DNA of 64,000 bases from Gammaproteobacteria bacterium (GCA_965243205.1 CBDEUK010000002.1:1440001-1504000), one strand, 5' to 3'. Shown: positions 11,298-21,052, counted from the first letter of the stretch. The notes: generated by a model not told the origin, from the letters alone. Numbers and translations: made by a program.

Positions 11298-11684
11298 ATG
11301 GATCAATATTCATATCAAGAAACCAAGGATGATGTGATCTCATTAATGAATGAGACTATCGAGCATGGAGGTTCAATATGTGATGGTTTGGGGCGTGCTG
11401 AAGTTGAGTACTGGCTTGGGCCACTAGAGATAAATGAATCCGAACCAACTCCATATAACCTTAAATTGTTGGCCGCAGTTTCAATTGGCAGCTTGAGGCA
11501 GGAAAATAGCTTGGAAATAGATGATCTTTATCAAGTTGTTGAGAATCTCCTCGTAAATATGGAAGCACCCGATGTTGCAGCTATAGCGCCTGATTCAATA
11601 AATCAGCTTGTTTGTGAAACATCAAAAGCTTTCGGAGAAAGTCTCGCAAATAAAGTTAAGTCAGTAGTGACAATCAATGCTTAA
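11298..11684 (+). CDS. Hypothetical acidic protein, probable integron gene cassette ORF
   Basis: Starts 13 nt after GTTAAGG; stop TAA lies inside GCTTAAC, complementary to the upstream GTTAAG. Confidence 0.65.
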   Translation: MDQYSYQETKDDVISLMNETIEHGGSICDGLGRAEVEYWLGPLEINESEPTPYNLKLLAAVSIGSLRQENSLEIDDLYQVVENLLVNMEAPDVAAIAPDSINQLVCETSKAFGESLANKVKSVVTINA

Positions 11685-11702
11685 CAAATCATTCCGCATG
11701 AC
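11679..11702 (+). mobile_element. Truncated attC (left half only)
   Basis: GCTTAAC-AAATC-ATTCCGCA-TGAC; no matching right half or GTT follows. Confidence 0.45.
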
Positions 11703-11725
11703 AAATTAAAAAGTAGATCTAATAA

Positions 11726-12388
11726 ATGAAGTTAAAAAATATATTATCTAATACAAAGAATGCCTTTTTCCTACCATTAATTCTCATAACTTTATCTAGC
11801 TGTGGTGGTGTTGATCAATATAGAGATAACCTAGTTAAAGTCACGGCTCCTAGTTATTTCGTATTAGAAAAACATCTTGAGTATACGTTTGATATTGAAA
11901 ATGTTTTTGGACAAGAAGTAGTACGAATAGTTAAATTCAAAAGAGGTAGATATACAGCTTTCTCTGAAAATGAAAATGGGACTTACTATACTACTGAAGA
12001 TGGTGATTATAATTTCTTAAATATTATTAAAGTTGAAGGAGAAGTATTCGGTCACCCTGATACAGGTTTCCATATGGGTGGGTTATGGATTACGAAAGAA
12101 CAAAATCCAAAGGCATTTCCATATCTTATCAATGGAGGCACTAAATCCATTGAGGAAGGTTTAAACTATTTTAATAATAGTAATCTTGAAGTTCCTAGAA
12201 TAGAAGAAAATGGTTATGTATATAAAGACCATATACCGAGTATGGGTACTGATGAACTAATATTACATAATGCTGCTTCAAGCACAGTAGTAGGATATCT
12301 TGCAACTATGGACATTGGAAAGCCAACATTAGAATTAGAAATGCCACCAGAAGTATTTAGAAAAAATATTAAAATTATTCATCATTAA
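11726..12388 (+). CDS. Hypothetical lipoprotein
   Basis: Lipobox LSSC after hydrophobic stretch. Confidence 0.65.
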   Translation: MKLKNILSNTKNAFFLPLILITLSSCGGVDQYRDNLVKVTAPSYFVLEKHLEYTFDIENVFGQEVVRIVKFKRGRYTAFSENENGTYYTTEDGDYNFLNIIKVEGEVFGHPDTGFHMGGLWITKEQNPKAFPYLINGGTKSIEEGLNYFNNSNLEVPRIEENGYVYKDHIPSMGTDELILHNAASSTVVGYLATMDIGKPTLELEMPPEVFRKNIKIIHH

Positions 12389-12633
12389 CAATCATAGGCC
12401 ATCGCTTAAACTTTAATTCAGGCGGTGGCACTGTAATTACATAGACTCTTACCTCATCTCCACTTGATACTAAGAGTCCTGCTATGAATTGACCCTCTTT
12501 TAATTCAATCCAATGAGGATTCTTATCTAAGTCTCTTTCCATAAAACTATCAGCGGGGATTTTAACCTCGAAAAGCCGCTCCTGTTGTATTCCAACGAGT
12601 CTCAGTACCTTTAAGTTTAATAGCTACACACAT
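12375..12633 (-). pseudogene. Frameshifted, internally deleted SRAP-like protein
   Basis: ATG 12633 gives MCVAIKLKGTETRWNTTGAAFRG*; a shifted frame gives EVKIPADSFMERDLDKNPHWIELKEGQFIAGLLVSSGDEVRVYVITVPPPELKFKRWPMIVNDE*. Confidence 0.55.
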
Positions 12634-12968
12634 TGGGAACTATTATATATAAATACCAGGAGCTGGTCCTTTTTAGAAAATGCTTATATATATCGATACT
12701 TCTATAGAGGTTTTTTGGTTTTAAAGGATAATTCATGGAGTCACCAACTGTTTGTTTGAAAACATTAAGTAACGATAAAGGAGAATAATTTCAAGCAAAC
12801 TTTAAATCAGTTATTCCTTTTTAAAAATAATATTTTTACTTCTAACACATTCTTTTAGAAAACATATCTAATCGTCATATTATTTTAATGATTATTTACT
12901 ATTATTAAATTACTCATATTCAAACAGAATATTAATTACACTTTATTTTGGAACAAAGGAAAAAAGGA

Positions 12969-13745
12969 ATGAAAATCTTTCTCACATCATTATTATTTTT
13001 GAGTCTAAATATCTGTCACGCTGCCCATATAAACGTGTTTTTTGCGGGCGGACAGTCTAATGCTAGGGCTACATGGGCTAGCGCTATTGAAAACTCTCTA
13101 GTCGACTCAGGCGTAGAAAATGTCATGATGGTTCATGATTATCATGGTGGAAACTGGCTTGGCTCTTGGTGGAATCCCTATACAAACTCACCCTCTGATA
13201 ACTATCTAAACGACTTCTTTAACCCTGCTGGAACAGGCCTTTTACAGCAAACTCTAGAGAATATTACCAATAATGGTGACACCTTTAGTTTCTCTGGATT
13301 CTTCTGGTTTCAAGGGGAGGGCGATCAAAACGGCGCTGCTCATAGAGATAGATATGTCGATAATTTCGTGGAAATGACGAACCGCCTTCAGTTTGATATC
13401 TCAGGCGAAAGTACTAGAAAATTCCCCATAGCAACCGCTTTAATCGATGTTTCTGATTATGACTTGTATTTAGAATTAGCACTTCAGTCTTACCCAGATC
13501 CCGATTTAAACGAATTAAGACAGTTTATATCCGCTTACGCTGATTCAAATCCTGATGTTGTGGCAGTTGATTCAAGAGGATTCGATAGATACGACCTGTT
13601 TCACCTATCACAAGCAGGCTCTACAACCTTTGGAACTCAGATGGGGCAGGCGTTTAGCAGTTTATTAGTGCCTATTCCTGCGGCTTTTTGGCTGTTTGTC
13701 TCGGCTTGTATTAGTTTAGTTGGACTAAGAAGAAATAGCCTTTGA
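12969..13745 (+). CDS. VPLPA-CTERM protein 2 with sialate O-acetylesterase-like (SASA, SGNH) domain
   Basis: GQSN, FWFQGEGD, DxxH (DLFH); VPIPAAFWLF + TM + RR; ATG 12969. Confidence 0.8.
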   Translation: MKIFLTSLLFLSLNICHAAHINVFFAGGQSNARATWASAIENSLVDSGVENVMMVHDYHGGNWLGSWWNPYTNSPSDNYLNDFFNPAGTGLLQQTLENITNNGDTFSFSGFFWFQGEGDQNGAAHRDRYVDNFVEMTNRLQFDISGESTRKFPIATALIDVSDYDLYLELALQSYPDPDLNELRQFISAYADSNPDVVAVDSRGFDRYDLFHLSQAGSTTFGTQMGQAFSSLLVPIPAAFWLFVSACISLVGLRRNSL

Positions 13746-13760
13746 ACAAAAATTTTATGA

Positions 13761-14357
13761 TTAATGTTTTCGTTTAAAACCTAATAGACCAAGTAAGGCT
13801 GGAGTTAATAACCAAACTGCTGTAGGGATAGGGACAGATGTTGGTGTAAAGATAGCATACGAAATAGGGCCGTATCTTCCTAAATGTATAGATGAAACAT
13901 TACCCAATAAAGTAGTCCCAATAGCTTTCCATTCAGTGTATGGTGAATATACATCAGCTTCACCAAAATAAGTCCAGTGAGAAGTATAAGATGATTCAAA
14001 TGGAAGAAATGGTGAGCCGCCTAAAGTATGAGGAATGACTATAGAATGTGCTACAAACCCAGAAGAATCAGAAACAACATAAAATGGCCCAGAATTTAAA
14101 ATATCTGAAATGAAGCCAGTTGATAACAATGCTCCCGAACTATCACCTAAAAAATTAGGTGTTCTATCTAGATCTGGTATCTCACCAAATATGCTAGTAA
14201 AAGAACCTACATGAAATGTAATGTCATAAACTACATTCGAATACTCATAATTAGTGATTTTAATTACATGACCATAAGGGTTTGTAATAACAGCAGCATT
14301 AACAGAGTTCGATAAACTGAATATTCCAAGCAGAATAAATATTATTTTCTTAATCAT
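13761..14357 (-). CDS. VPLPA-CTERM surface protein 3
   Basis: MIKKIIF signal peptide; VPIPTAVWLL + TM + KRKH; ATGA overlap with upstream gene. Confidence 0.85.
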   Translation of the reverse strand: MIKKIIFILLGIFSLSNSVNAAVITNPYGHVIKITNYEYSNVVYDITFHVGSFTSIFGEIPDLDRTPNFLGDSSGALLSTGFISDILNSGPFYVVSDSSGFVAHSIVIPHTLGGSPFLPFESSYTSHWTYFGEADVYSPYTEWKAIGTTLLGNVSSIHLGRYGPISYAIFTPTSVPIPTAVWLLTPALLGLLGFKRKH

Positions 14358-15061
14358 CTTTTCCTTTTTATTCCAACTAACCCAATCAAAGCAGAACCGA
14401 ATAACCATACTGCTGCGGGGGTGGGGACAACTGTGACTGAGAATGTGGGCGAATAGTCTCTATATTCTACGTCTGTAAATTTGTAACGTTTACCACCTCC
14501 ACCTAATCCAAATGTCGTAATTCTTGGTATAATCTCTTCTCGATAAGTGGTATCCATTAAAAATGAACCACCAGTATATTCTGCGAATTGAAGTAATGCT
14601 GGGAAATCGGGATTGCCATCAAAATTAAACAGGCTCAGTGGAAAGTGAAGGTTGCCTCCCCATCTAAAAGTTGATTCACCAATATCTGTTCCCTGTAATA
14701 CATTTATCTGATCAACCGCTGCAACACCCTCAATAAAATCAGTAATTACAAAATCATTCCCACAGCATAAAGTGTTCCCCCCTCCTTGGTAAATATTATC
14801 GAAGTCTGAGCCAGACAATTTTAATGTCGCGCTTTTCAAATCATATTCAGTTACTTCGAAAGTTCTAAAATTTCTATAACTGTGATCAGAATCATCAATG
14901 ATATACGTAGCATGATAATTAGCTCCATTAAGACTCCATACATAGTCTAAATTGGATTCGGTGGTTTCTGTTAACGTTCCTAAGATTTCAATCTTATATA
15001 TAGCTGATTGAGCTACGTTTGAAGACAACAGTATAAAAAATGTTATTAATATTTTATTCAT
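14354..15061 (-). CDS. VPLPA-CTERM surface protein 4
   Basis: Signal peptide; VPTPAAVWLFGSALIGLVGIKRKR. Confidence 0.85.
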   Translation of the reverse strand: MNKILITFFILLSSNVAQSAIYKIEILGTLTETTESNLDYVWSLNGANYHATYIIDDSDHSYRNFRTFEVTEYDLKSATLKLSGSDFDNIYQGGGNTLCCGNDFVITDFIEGVAAVDQINVLQGTDIGESTFRWGGNLHFPLSLFNFDGNPDFPALLQFAEYTGGSFLMDTTYREEIIPRITTFGLGGGGKRYKFTDVEYRDYSPTFSVTVVPTPAAVWLFGSALIGLVGIKRKR

Positions 15062-15073
15062 TTCTATTTTCTT

Positions 15074-15835
15074 CTAGTGGAGCTTACGACTTTTGAAAAC
15101 TAATCCAATTAAAGCTGATCCAAATAACCATATAGCTGCCGGAATTGGTACTGGCTGAGGCAAACTTATAAAAGATAAAGCATCATCACCAATCGAATAA
15201 TTAAAGAAATCCCATTCACTACTCGACAATGGGTTATTAGAAAAGCTTTGCCATCCAGATAGATCGAAAGTTCGGGCAGCAAGTTCATATGGTATATCAA
15301 ATATTAAATCTGTATTTGCGTAGACTTGTATATTTTCACGCCGATTTTTAAATATCGTATAGGTATGAAAATCTGATGTATCGAAAGGACTAACTATATC
15401 AGTTCTATCAGGAGAAGAGCCTGCTCTTAACATAAGTTCACCGTTACGTAAGAACAAGAGTAAGTTTCCACTGTCTTTGCCCCCATTCCCCCATCTAAGT
15501 TGTATAACTCCTCCAGGAGATAGTCCTTGGATAGGTAAAATAGCATTAGGAATTCTTGCTCTAAATTGAAATATTGCTAAATCTGAACTAAAGAACGGAT
15601 CATTTCTAACATTTGTAATAGAACCAGTAATCTCTTGAACTGACATTTTTAATATCCCGTTTTCAATTGCTCTGGTATCAGTTCGACTATCGTTATAATT
15701 AAAGGGCTGAGAAGATACATTAGGTAACACACTACCATCATATTCCACAAAGAGAGTGGCAGCCTTAATATTAAATTGAATTGAAAGAAGAGCTAAAAAA
15801 AGAGAAAAGCGAGAAATTGAATTTATATTTAGCAT
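15074..15835 (-). CDS. VPLPA-CTERM surface protein 5 (possible ConA/lectin-like beta fold)
   Basis: Signal peptide; 'SDFHTYTI'; VPIPAAIWLFGSALIGLVFKSRK. Confidence 0.85.
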   Translation of the reverse strand: MLNINSISRFSLFLALLSIQFNIKAATLFVEYDGSVLPNVSSQPFNYNDSRTDTRAIENGILKMSVQEITGSITNVRNDPFFSSDLAIFQFRARIPNAILPIQGLSPGGVIQLRWGNGGKDSGNLLLFLRNGELMLRAGSSPDRTDIVSPFDTSDFHTYTIFKNRRENIQVYANTDLIFDIPYELAARTFDLSGWQSFSNNPLSSSEWDFFNYSIGDDALSFISLPQPVPIPAAIWLFGSALIGLVFKSRKLH

Positions 15836-16196
15836 TGTTTTATCCTTCCATGAACGAAGTACAAATATTTTAACAAATTTAAATTACCGAGCTATTACAA
15901 GCACAAGTATATTCTATTGGAGATTTAGCTTATATATTATTTTTTCCCTCATCTGCTCCCAAAGTATGAATGACATTTCTTATTCTGTAATTAATTTTTA
16001 ATACAAATGTAACTCTAATCAAACTATATGGGAGTATTTTCCGTAATAGTTTTCTGTTAATTCTCTTTTGAGTTGATTTGAAAACTCACCACTTCTATTA
16101 AATAAAGAATGCTGATGTTTAGTTTGCTTATCAAGTATGTGTTGAACTGAAGGATTATTTATTTTTTTATCAATTTTTATTTAAGGATGTATAAAG

Positions 16197-17813
16197 ATGA
16201 AATTAACTTATATTACTAAAGTAGCCCCATTACTCCTGGCATATTTTTTTTCTAGTCAATCTTTTGCCTTTGATAGTAGTACTACTACCCCTGATCTTGT
16301 TATCAATATCTCAGGCTCCTCTTCTCAACAAGAACCATTGGAAGATTTAATAATTTCTTTACAGATCTGTACTGGTAACATTACACAGTATCGAGAAATT
16401 AATGATGATTTTCGTGCCTATTTTTGTACTGCTAATTCCAATACTGGTGTTGCGAGTAATACAAAAATATTGATCAATGTTCGTTCTAGTGGTGGTTCAA
16501 TCTGGGGAGTGGTTCCCATAGCGCGTGATTGGCCTGTCCAATTTATGAATATTTTTAATAGTAATTGTTCAGATACTACAGTGTATCGAAAAACCGCTTC
16601 TGGTAGTGATATGGTTAATCCTGCTGGCGATGGTATCTTTGGTTGTGAAATATTCAATCCAGCTTCTGGATTAGTAAATAATGAATGTCCTAATGGCGTT
16701 GCTTATGCAACAGACGGTTCTTCTATTGCCTATCCTGGTGGCTTGTTAACACATAAAGGCACTGGGTTTGGTGATACAGTATGTTTACCATCTCACGGTG
16801 GTGTATCTGATGTTGAAGCATCTTTGTTCTCACACCCCTCAAATTTTGCTTTCTCAGGTCAAACACCCCTATCTGATATCGAAATAAACGCATTAACTAC
16901 AGTGTCACAATATGCTGTTATTTATGGTGTCAAAATAACTGAGCATGAATATAAGTGGTTACAACAAATTCAAGGTTTGGTTGATTATACTGCCGGCGGT
17001 ACAACTCTAAATGATGATATTAAAGCAGCATCCGTAATAACAGGAACTGGTACTGTTCCAAGTTTAACCAAAGCTGAAATTGCTGCCATGTTAACCGGCC
17101 AAATGTCATTTCAACAACTTGACCCCAGAATTATTGCTGCTGATATTAATAATCCTATAAATAACAGCGGTATTTATGCCGTTTGTCGCCATAATGTTGG
17201 TTCCGGTGCTCAAGCCACAAACCAAGAGTATTTTTTACAAACTGCGTGTTCTCAAGGTGGTTTACCTATGGTTACTAATGGTCTGTCTGATGACCGAGCT
17301 CAGTGGAATGGTAATACTCTTATTGTTAAAAGGAACACTAGCTCTGCTAGAGTTGATAAATGTTTAAATGACGCTGTAAATGGCAATATTTCAGACGAAC
17401 CTGGAGTAGGCTTTAATGATGCAAGCCCAGTTGGCGCTATTGGCTTCGGCCCAATTAACCGTATTTTCGACCCAGGTAAGGATAAATGGTATTTTGTAGC
17501 CATCGATGGTGTTGAGCCTACTCGAGAGAATGCTCGCCTAGGTTTATATGATTATGTTTATGAACAGTTCTTTCATACCCTAAGCTCCTCTCCAAATAAC
17601 CCGAGTCATATTAATACTTTTCTTGATTCTTTGGCTGTTCAATCAGGTAGTCCTACTACTATTGGTACTGTACCAATTAACGGTACTTTAGCTTTAAGTG
17701 CAAATGGTTTTAATTGGGATAACAGTTTGGTTACATGGCGTGGATCACGTGGCAGCAACAGCTGTAGAGCGGTACGTTCTGCTATAGATAATCCAAATAT
17801 TTCTAATCTTTAA
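16197..17813 (+). CDS. Secreted Cys-rich PstS/DING-like type-2 binding-fold protein
   Basis: Signal peptide; ISGSSS, SGGSIWGV, GVSDVE, VCRHNVGSGA, 'VAIDGVEPT..N...G.YDY'; 10 Cys. Confidence 0.6.
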   Translation: MKLTYITKVAPLLLAYFFSSQSFAFDSSTTTPDLVINISGSSSQQEPLEDLIISLQICTGNITQYREINDDFRAYFCTANSNTGVASNTKILINVRSSGGSIWGVVPIARDWPVQFMNIFNSNCSDTTVYRKTASGSDMVNPAGDGIFGCEIFNPASGLVNNECPNGVAYATDGSSIAYPGGLLTHKGTGFGDTVCLPSHGGVSDVEASLFSHPSNFAFSGQTPLSDIEINALTTVSQYAVIYGVKITEHEYKWLQQIQGLVDYTAGGTTLNDDIKAASVITGTGTVPSLTKAEIAAMLTGQMSFQQLDPRIIAADINNPINNSGIYAVCRHNVGSGAQATNQEYFLQTACSQGGLPMVTNGLSDDRAQWNGNTLIVKRNTSSARVDKCLNDAVNGNISDEPGVGFNDASPVGAIGFGPINRIFDPGKDKWYFVAIDGVEPTRENARLGLYDYVYEQFFHTLSSSPNNPSHINTFLDSLAVQSGSPTTIGTVPINGTLALSANGFNWDNSLVTWRGSRGSNSCRAVRSAIDNPNISNL

Positions 17814-17828
17814 TGTACATATAATAGT

Positions 17829-17853
17829 TTAGCCCTCTTTAGTGGAGGGCTAA
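17829..17853 (+). terminator. Hairpin terminator after the 538-aa gene
   Basis: TTAGCCCTC-tttagtg-GAGGGCTAA followed by TTT. Confidence 0.65.
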
Positions 17854-18115
17854 TTTATCACTGGGAAAGCTTTAAGTGTTGTTTCCTTCGATGGATGGTT
17901 TTCTTACGTTCAAGGGCGGCTATTTTCAATATTAATTAATCTACTTATATAGTCGCTTGGTATCCTTTCTTTTTGACTATATCAATAGCTTGGGAAGCTC
18001 TCTTCCTTGATATAAACCAAGCAGACTCATATTCTTTGTTGTCAGCAGAATCATTTTCCTTATTAAATGAATTCTCATTCTTTGAATAACTGTTTTTCCA
18101 CGAAAGGAGTAAGAA

Positions 18116-18427
18116 ATGAGTCTAAATAAAATCTTTCTTTATGCTGAATACCAAGTTTCAATTCCATTTGATCAAATAGATTGGAAACCCATTAATGAAA
18201 ATATGAAGCAGTTTGATGGTTTGAAAAGCAAGACCTGGCTGAGTGGATTAAATAATAATACGGTTGGTGGTTTCTATGAATTTTCATCTCAGGATTTAGC
18301 ACAAAAATACATTGATGAATTATTGCTACCTTTTGCAGAAAAGATTAGCGGAAATCTTTCTGTAAAGTTATTTGACGGGAATGTTGTAGCAGAGGCGAGC
18401 AAGGGTATGGATTCGCCATTTTTCTAA
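18116..18427 (+). CDS. YdhR-family putative monooxygenase
   Basis: 'GLKSKTWL...TVGGFYEF', 103 aa, RBS AAGGAG. Confidence 0.7.
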   Translation: MSLNKIFLYAEYQVSIPFDQIDWKPINENMKQFDGLKSKTWLSGLNNNTVGGFYEFSSQDLAQKYIDELLLPFAEKISGNLSVKLFDGNVVAEASKGMDSPFF

Positions 18428-18475
18428 GGTTATATGGCCAGCAGAATACACAGAATGACTACCTTTTCCAAAAGC

Positions 18476-18494
18476 AATGTTATAACATAACATA
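18476..18494. promoter_or_regulatory. Zur box
   Basis: AATGTTATAACATAACATA fits TGTTAT-N3-ATAACA; 30 nt upstream of the COG0523 gene. Confidence 0.8.
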
Positions 18495-18524
18495 TTGGAT
18501 TAGAGTTTTAAAAGAGATGAGTTT

Positions 18525-19739
18525 ATGCAGAGTAATGAGATAAATAAGCTTCCAGTAACCGTATTGTCAGGTTTCCTTGGAGCTGGAAAAACCACTGTAC
18601 TTAGCCACATTTTAAATAATAGAGAAGGTAAAAAAGTGGCTGTAATAGTGAATGATATGAGCGAGATTAATATCGATTCCAGCATTATCAAAAATGAAGT
18701 CTCGCTTAATCGCAGTGAAGAAAAACTAGTCGAAATGAGTAATGGATGTATCTGTTGCACCTTGCGAGAAGATTTATTGATAGAAGTCAATAAACTAGCT
18801 CAAGAAGGTAAATTTGATTATCTAGTTATTGAATCAACAGGGATTTCCGAGCCTCTGCCTGTGGCTGAAACGTTCACATTTGCTGATGAAGAAGGTGTTT
18901 CTCTATCGGACGTATCAACACTCGACACAATGGTAACCGTTGTTGATGCGGTGAACTTTCTCAAAGATTATGAAGAAGCACAATCATTGCAAGATACGGG
19001 TGAATCGTTAGGTGAGGAGGATGAACGCAGTGTTGCAGACTTACTGATAGACCAAGTGGAATTTGCCGATGTCATTCTCATCAGCAAAACTGATCTGGTT
19101 GAGTCTTCTGATATAGAACGTCTCATGGCTATTCTCAAATCACTCAACACAGATGCGCGCATGATTCCTATATCTCAAGGACAAGTTGATATAGATAAAG
19201 TCTTAAATACGGGTTTATTCGATTTTGAACGTGCTCAACTAGCGCCAGGTTGGCTTAAAGAAATGCGCGGAGAACACGTACCTGAAACAGAAGAGTATGG
19301 AATCAGCAGTTTCAGTTATCTCGCCAGACGACCTTTCCACCCAGAAAAATTCTTTCAGTTTCTACACAGCACAGGACAATTCGGTAAATTAATCCGCTCA
19401 AAAGGTTATTTTTGGTTAGCCTCACAACCTGAAGCAGCTGGACAATGGAGTCAAGCGGGTGGTATTGCTCGATATGGTTTTGCTGGAATGTTTTGGAAAG
19501 CGGTTCCTAAGAAAGACTGGCCTGATGATGAAGAATACCTAGCATCGATACAGAAACATTGGGTAGAACCGTTTGGTGATATGCGACAAGAATTGGTCTT
19601 TATCGGCCAAGGTTTAGATGAAGCGAAAATGACTGAGGCATTGAACAATTGCTTACTGAGTGAAGAAGAAGTTCTACGCGGCAAAGACTATTGGATGACA
19701 TTAAATGATCCTTTTCCTTATTGGAGAGAGACAGAATGA
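18525..19739 (+). CDS. zigA: COG0523 zinc metallochaperone GTPase (ZigA/CobW family)
   Basis: [26 protein letters not shown], CobW_C 'RQELVFIG'. Confidence 0.9.
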   Translation: MQSNEINKLPVTVLSGFLGAGKTTVLSHILNNREGKKVAVIVNDMSEINIDSSIIKNEVSLNRSEEKLVEMSNGCICCTLREDLLIEVNKLAQEGKFDYLVIESTGISEPLPVAETFTFADEEGVSLSDVSTLDTMVTVVDAVNFLKDYEEAQSLQDTGESLGEEDERSVADLLIDQVEFADVILISKTDLVESSDIERLMAILKSLNTDARMIPISQGQVDIDKVLNTGLFDFERAQLAPGWLKEMRGEHVPETEEYGISSFSYLARRPFHPEKFFQFLHSTGQFGKLIRSKGYFWLASQPEAAGQWSQAGGIARYGFAGMFWKAVPKKDWPDDEEYLASIQKHWVEPFGDMRQELVFIGQGLDEAKMTEALNNCLLSEEEVLRGKDYWMTLNDPFPYWRETE

Positions 19740-20419
19740 GTGCCGTTATTCATCAATTTCCTCAACAAAACATATTATCGCCCCTAAAATATCGCTGCTC
19801 CGCTGAATCGGAGCAAGCCTCCATTTTTGCCGATGTTTATCGTGACGATACGAATATCATAGTATGGAAACGTCATCTTTCGGATAGCTTTCAAAGTGCT
19901 ATTCATGAATTTATAAAATCTAACGAAAATTTTCGACTTGTACAGGCTGTCAGTCCAGAATCAGTTAATGAAATTCTACATAAATCATTAGACGATATGA
20001 GATGTAAAACAGAGCTAAGTAATAACATTACTGAGTTAGTCGAAATGTTTTGTGATTTATTTGATCTGAAATCAGTTGGTTTACGATTAACTACTCTAGA
20101 TCGTGCCATGTGTCCTAAATTCCATTTCGATCGAGTTCCTTGCCGACTAGTCACCACCTTTCACGGTGTTGCAACAGAATGGCTACCACATAGCGCTGTC
20201 GACAGAACGAAACTTGGTCCCGGCAGCCAGGGACTAAGCGATGATAAATCAGGCCTTTATAAAGAAGAGCAAGATATCCAACAATTAAATACTGGTGATG
20301 TAGCATTATTAAAAGGTGAACTTTGGGAAGGTAATGAAGATGCAGGCTTAGTACATCGCTCACCAGCAGTTATGGAAGGAGAAAATCGTTTATTACTCAC
20401 GCTTGATTTTTTAAACTAA
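19736..20419 (+). CDS. DUF1826 family protein
   Basis: '[17 protein letters not shown]', 'ALLKGE', 'LVHRSP', 'RLLLTLD'; ATGA overlap with zigA. Confidence 0.85.
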   Translation: MSAVIHQFPQQNILSPLKYRCSAESEQASIFADVYRDDTNIIVWKRHLSDSFQSAIHEFIKSNENFRLVQAVSPESVNEILHKSLDDMRCKTELSNNITELVEMFCDLFDLKSVGLRLTTLDRAMCPKFHFDRVPCRLVTTFHGVATEWLPHSAVDRTKLGPGSQGLSDDKSGLYKEEQDIQQLNTGDVALLKGELWEGNEDAGLVHRSPAVMEGENRLLLTLDFLN

Positions 20420-20452
20420 GCCTTTAAACCGCAACTAAGGCCATTATCTAAA

Positions 20453-21046
20453 ATGAAATATGAAACATACTTTGTATTTATCATTTTGTTTTTATGTGTG
20501 AGTTTCAATCTGAAAGCAGAACCCCATAAAGAGCACCATGACCATGGTAATCAATCAGCACATGTTCATGGTTTAGCCAGTTTAACGTTAGCAATAGAAA
20601 ATAATGAACTTGAAATAGAATTAAACTCTCCTGCAGTTGATTTGGTTGGTTTTGAGCATCGTGCAAATTCACTGGAAGAAAAAAGCATGGTTGAAAAAAC
20701 AGAAGCATTATTGCATTCACCTGAAAAAATATTTTCTTTTAAAGGTTCTAAATGTAAAGCAAAAGAAATAAATATAGATACGTCTGATGTCACGGCCATA
20801 AAAAATAAGCATCATGCTCATGATGAACATGAACATCACGACTCAGACAGACATAATCAGGACCATAGCGAAGTCACTGCTCATTACCATTTTAGTTGCG
20901 ACAAGACCAATAATTTAACTACGGTAGTTGTTAACTTGTTTGAACATTTCCCAACTTTGGAAAACATTAACAGTATGTGGGTTACTGAAATTCAACAAGG
21001 CGCAGCAATGCTTAATAAAGATAAAAATATAATTAATATAAAATAA
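20453..21046 (+). CDS. DUF2796 / ZrgA-like periplasmic zinc-binding protein
   Basis: AHVHG, SPAVDLVGFEH, His-rich tracts, HSEV..HYHFSC. Confidence 0.85.
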   Translation: MKYETYFVFIILFLCVSFNLKAEPHKEHHDHGNQSAHVHGLASLTLAIENNELEIELNSPAVDLVGFEHRANSLEEKSMVEKTEALLHSPEKIFSFKGSKCKAKEINIDTSDVTAIKNKHHAHDEHEHHDSDRHNQDHSEVTAHYHFSCDKTNNLTTVVVNLFEHFPTLENINSMWVTEIQQGAAMLNKDKNIINIK

Positions 21047-21052
21047 ATATAA

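Larger units (their letters stand above)
9092..18430. mobile_element. Accessory/genomic-island-like region downstream of tRNA-Ile2 (no integrase seen; right edge uncertain)
   Basis: Abrupt switch to AT-rich orphan secreted proteins, attC-like sites and a pseudogene after a tRNA. Confidence 0.5.

Noticed and set aside
12382-12426. Possible third attC (CATTAAC...TTAATTCAGGCGG)
   Set aside because: No GTT core and no inner symmetry; explained by the antisense SRAP-like pseudogene.
12640-12659. LexA-box-like AT stretch upstream of the SRAP-like pseudogene
   Set aside because: Only one CTG half-site; it does not fit CTG-N10-CAG.
17946-18100. Nested inverted repeats (GCTTGGT/ACCAAGC, TATATCAA/TTGATATA, GGAAG/CTTCC) and a protein-like minus-strand frame
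   Set aside because: No convincing start or RBS, arms are unevenly spaced, and it matches no RNA family I recognise; cannot be separated from chance or a gene remnant.
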